DNA from: Raillietiella orientalis
Taxonomy: Eukaryota
Assembly (NCBI GenBank): GCA_036172245.1
Contig: JAYWIR010000092.1
Span: forward strand, 62,001 to 126,000
DNA: 64,000 bases
Direction: 5' to 3'
Part shown: piece after piece, positions 60,631-64,000 of the stretch
How positions within the stretch are numbered: the stretch's first letter is position 1
How the letters are laid out: each line of letters opens with the position of its first letter
Translations under genes and position numbers: made by a program
Notes under the pieces: model-generated
Database searches by the model: none
What the model was told of the DNA's origin: nothing
Seen by the model: the letters and a program-made list of their open reading frames with translations, nothing else

Positions 60631-63600
60631 TTAATCAGTTCATTGTGCTCGTGTGTGCCCGGAGAGGGGAAGTTTTCCAAACGAAACTAGAAAAGAAGCG
60701 CCGAGGAGATCGCGGCGGAAGACCTGCAGTGGTCCAGTGCAGCAAGACCAGCTGCCAGGATGCAGGCACCTAGAATAGGAGTGGAGAGACCGTCGTCCCC
60801 CATGGAAGCCATGTAGGTAACGTGCGGCAACGGCGAGGCGGTGGCAGGCATGCCGAGGATCGCGCCCGCGGCGGGCTTTGCTGCGCCGGCGGCGGCGATG
60901 CCAAGGGTCGTGCCCGCGGCGACGACGGCGGAGGTCGTGCCCGCGGCGGCGACGCCGAGGATCGTGCCCGCGGCGGGGAAGGTCGCGCCTGCGGCGGCGA
61001 TGCCGAGGGTGCCGCCCGCAGCGGCAACGGTGGCGACGTCGAGGGCTGCGCTCGGAGCGGCGGCGTCCCAGGCAGGACCCGCGGGCGTCCAGGCGGTTCA
61101 GGGCGAGACGCCATCTTGTTCGGCTGCGGCGGCGCAGCCCTTTTCCTATGCGTCGGTGGCGGCTGGACAAGCGAGTGTCCACCCACCAAGAAAATTCGGG
61201 AAGCCGCTATGCGGTAAAGTCCAAAAGGTGGATCGACCGATCGTGGAGTTAGGGCCGAATGTGAAGCCCATCATTTTCAAGACTGGGCTGATCAAGTTCA
61301 ATAATATCAGAAAGGTGTATCTGTCCCTCGATTAAATGGACATGAATTTTGATCGCATACAGGCGATCATACCAGCAAACAACGGGTTCACAGTCTTCAC
61401 AGACTGTGAAGAGATTAGAGAGCGATTGATCCAGAAGGGGATCAATATACAAGGGAGGATGGTTTGTGGTGTTGGCGAGATGCCATACACAACCGTCTTT
61501 CTGAACGGCATCTCCATCCTCACACCGCAACTAACGGTGTGGAACTTTTTGGAGCAGTATGGGGAAGTTCTGGACCTTGAATTCCAGAACTTCTCTGAAA
61601 AAATATTTTCTGGCGACATGATCGCCAAAATGAAGTTGCAAGAGGGAGCTGTGATCCCTGGATCAGCCGTTCTTGACGAACAATCCCAGGGAGTGAACAT
61701 GCGTTACCGGCAACAACCGATATTCTGCACCGGGTGCAAGCAGTTTGGCCATAGAACCGGCGCTTGCCCAACGTGTCGTTGTTTCCGCTGCGGCAAAGTA
61801 GGACATCAAGTCCGAAACTGCCCGCAGCCGGAGGTGTGCTCCTTCTGCAAGAAACACGGACATGCCAAATGGAGCTGTCCGGAGTTTGCAAACTGCAGAA
61901 GCATTCGAGGTCTCTCTCCCGTAAGAAAGAGAAACCCCAAGGAGGCGTAACAGCCTTAGACGGCAGGAAGGCCGAAGAAGGTGAAAGAAGCCGTCGCGGT
62001 ATCGGAAGACGGCTTCATACAGGTAGGGAAGAAAGGAAAGGGGAGGATGCTCGACAAGGATCAATAAACCACTCTTATCCTGGAAGGTGAGAATTCACAA
62101 GGCGAGAAGATGGAGGTAGCGCAGGAACGCGCGGAAGAAGAAATAGCCGAAGCCACTCCGGTGTCTTAGGAGGCCCTGCAATCTACGGAGGAGCTGGCAT
62201 CACTGGCTAATAAAGTCCTAGAGGTGATGAGCGGTCCCCACCAAGAAAGAATTTTGCAAAAGAGCTGCAATGCACAGGAGAAGGTCAACCAGGTTGTGGA
62301 GGTCTTCGAGCGCGAGTAGCTAGAGGAACAGCTTCTCGACGTAAAGGCGAACTTCTGCACCAATGTCGAGATAGAAACGCTATCTCGAAAATTGATCGCG
62401 CGGGCCGAAAACTCGACTGAGGAGGCGGAAGTAACCGACCTCTCCGGAACAGAGAGTGACGCCGGCAGCGAGAAGCCCGCTGCTTCTTTATTGTCTGGAA
62501 GAGCACGCTCTCTCAGACAGAAGAAGCTCAGGAAGGGCAAGAAATCGGTCTTACCCTTTTATGGCCTCTTCCCTATCGACCGCCAGAGGGCTGAACATCG
62601 CCTCCTGGAATGTAAACGGTGTGGTGGACCAGGGAAAAAGAAAAAGGATTGTGCGGACCATCGCACAACAAGACATAGTCTGCCTGCAGGAGACCAACAA
62701 GGTGGGTCTCAAGATTAGTCAGCAAATGGAACGGCGATTCAAAGGGCAGATCTTCGTCAGCGAGGAAGAGCGGAACACGCAGTTTGTGGCGGTCCTAATC
62801 AATAACAAATTGGCTCCCACTATTCTCAAAGTGTTCTGTCCCCTACCGGGACGAATCATCGGCGTGCGACTGGCCTGGTCCGCCACTGTTCACCCTATCC
62901 TGGTGAACCTGCACTGGCCGTACAGGCTAAAACATCGTTGAACGGAGGCGCTGCATGAAGCACTTCGTGAAAAGGTTGCTTCCAAGGACGTCGTGATTGT
63001 TGCTGGCAATCTCAACATATTGGATGAGATCACTCACTCCGAAGACGCCAGAAGAAGGACGGCGTATCGGCGGTTATCCGAAGAGTTCAGACTGGTGTGT
63101 CGAACTGCAAGTCACAAGCCGATCGATCACCTCCTGCACAGCACCAAACTCGGGAATCGCATCGATGGTTTTCCAGACATTATGACCACGGTGTTCGATC
63201 ACCACCTGGTGCGGTTTTTTCTGAAAACGGAGAATCCTCGGCGTTGGCAAGGCACCAAGGCGGCGCTCATCAGCATGCCCGCCTGGTTCGAAACCCATCC
63301 CGTACATCAGGCTGTCCTGCAGACGATTCTGAAGACAACAACAATTCGAGGAATCGCCATATGATACAGCCTAAAACACAGGATACACTTGTTTGCAAAC
63401 ATGCAGTTCGGGGAGAGGCGCTTGAGGCAGGAGGAGTACCGGGAGCTGAACATGCAAGATCGCTCACTCTGAAAGTACTTCGATCAGTACGAGAGTCGGT
63501 ACGTCTTCAAGAACATAAAAGGGGAAGTCGGCGTGCTGGAGAAGAGAAATCTAGCAACAGATATCTTCTGCATCCAGTACGACGGCCAAAAGCGACAGTC

Positions 63601-64000
63601 GTCTGAGGACATCGTGGATGCCTTTCACAGGCATTACACAGAACACTTCAGGCGACAACAGCTGTGTCGCTCTAGTCAACAGGCCTTCTTGAGCTATCTC
63701 GAGAAGAGGACCGACGACCTCCAGCGGAACAGACTGGAGGAGGAGTTCTCCGAAGAAGAGGTGAAGACTGCGTTTGGGCAACTTCGCAAGGACGTGGCAG
63801 CGGGCCCTGACAGTGTACCCATCACGCACTATCAGCGGTACCTGCACGCCTACCTGAGCTTGTTCCACCAGTTGACCCTCTGCATCCGGGAAGAAGGCAG
63901 ACTACCTCAGTCCTTCTACGAGAGTCGGATGAGATTGCTGCCGAAAGGAGGCGACTCTACCCAGATCGCCCAATGGAGGCCAATCTCGATCCTAAACTCC
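60631..64000 (+). mobile_element. Family F element: 5' end, ORF1 with three knuckles, ORF2 endonuclease (ATG 62561) and start of RT; runs off the window
   Basis: CTGCKQFGHRTGAC, CFRCGKVGHQVRNC, CSFCKKHGHAKWSC; WNVNG, CLQET, AGNLN, IDH, FDHH; LLPKGGD..WRPISILNS; stops and frameshifts. Confidence 0.93.
60849..61030 (+). repeat. Imperfect GC-rich minisatellite (about 27-bp unit) in F ORF1
   Basis: Units like GATGCCGAGGGTCGTGCCCGCGGCGGC encode MPRIAPAA / MPRVVPAA / TPRIVPAA / MPRVPPAA. Confidence 0.85.

Noticed and set aside
19000..64000. Many 60-250 aa ORFs antisense to or overlapping the retroelement ORFs
   Set aside because: These are shadow frames of GC-rich coding DNA with no independent motifs.

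Overview
Eukaryotic (metazoan, probably invertebrate) nuclear DNA. About 50 kb of the window is a dense, nested cluster of L1/Tx1-clade non-LTR retrotransposons. ORF1 carries CCHC zinc knuckles; ORF2 carries an APE endonuclease, RT with YADD, and a C-terminal CCHC finger. There are at least six related families (my labels A-G), and every copy is pseudogenised. Target-site duplications resolve a Russian doll: C (28513-51522) contains B (29869-47342), which contains a tandem A1-A2 dimer (32177-43999). The most striking signal is that family C repeatedly sits antisense at the same 15-nt site, the codons of the RT 'KAFD' motif, in three different host retrotransposon families. This suggests a site-specific retrotransposon that parasitises its relatives. 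Families A-E and G also share a poly(A)-less 3' end (a covarying hairpin, then AATAAA, then a second hairpin), a 5' GGACGTG motif and a TAATG/TGATG ORF1-ORF2 junction. The first 15 kb adds a mitochondrial 16S rRNA fragment (NUMT), a >=1.1 kb inverted duplication, decayed short-intron host gene remnants and a decayed C2H2 zinc-finger ORF. All alignments were done by eye, so boundaries of degraded fragments are approximate.
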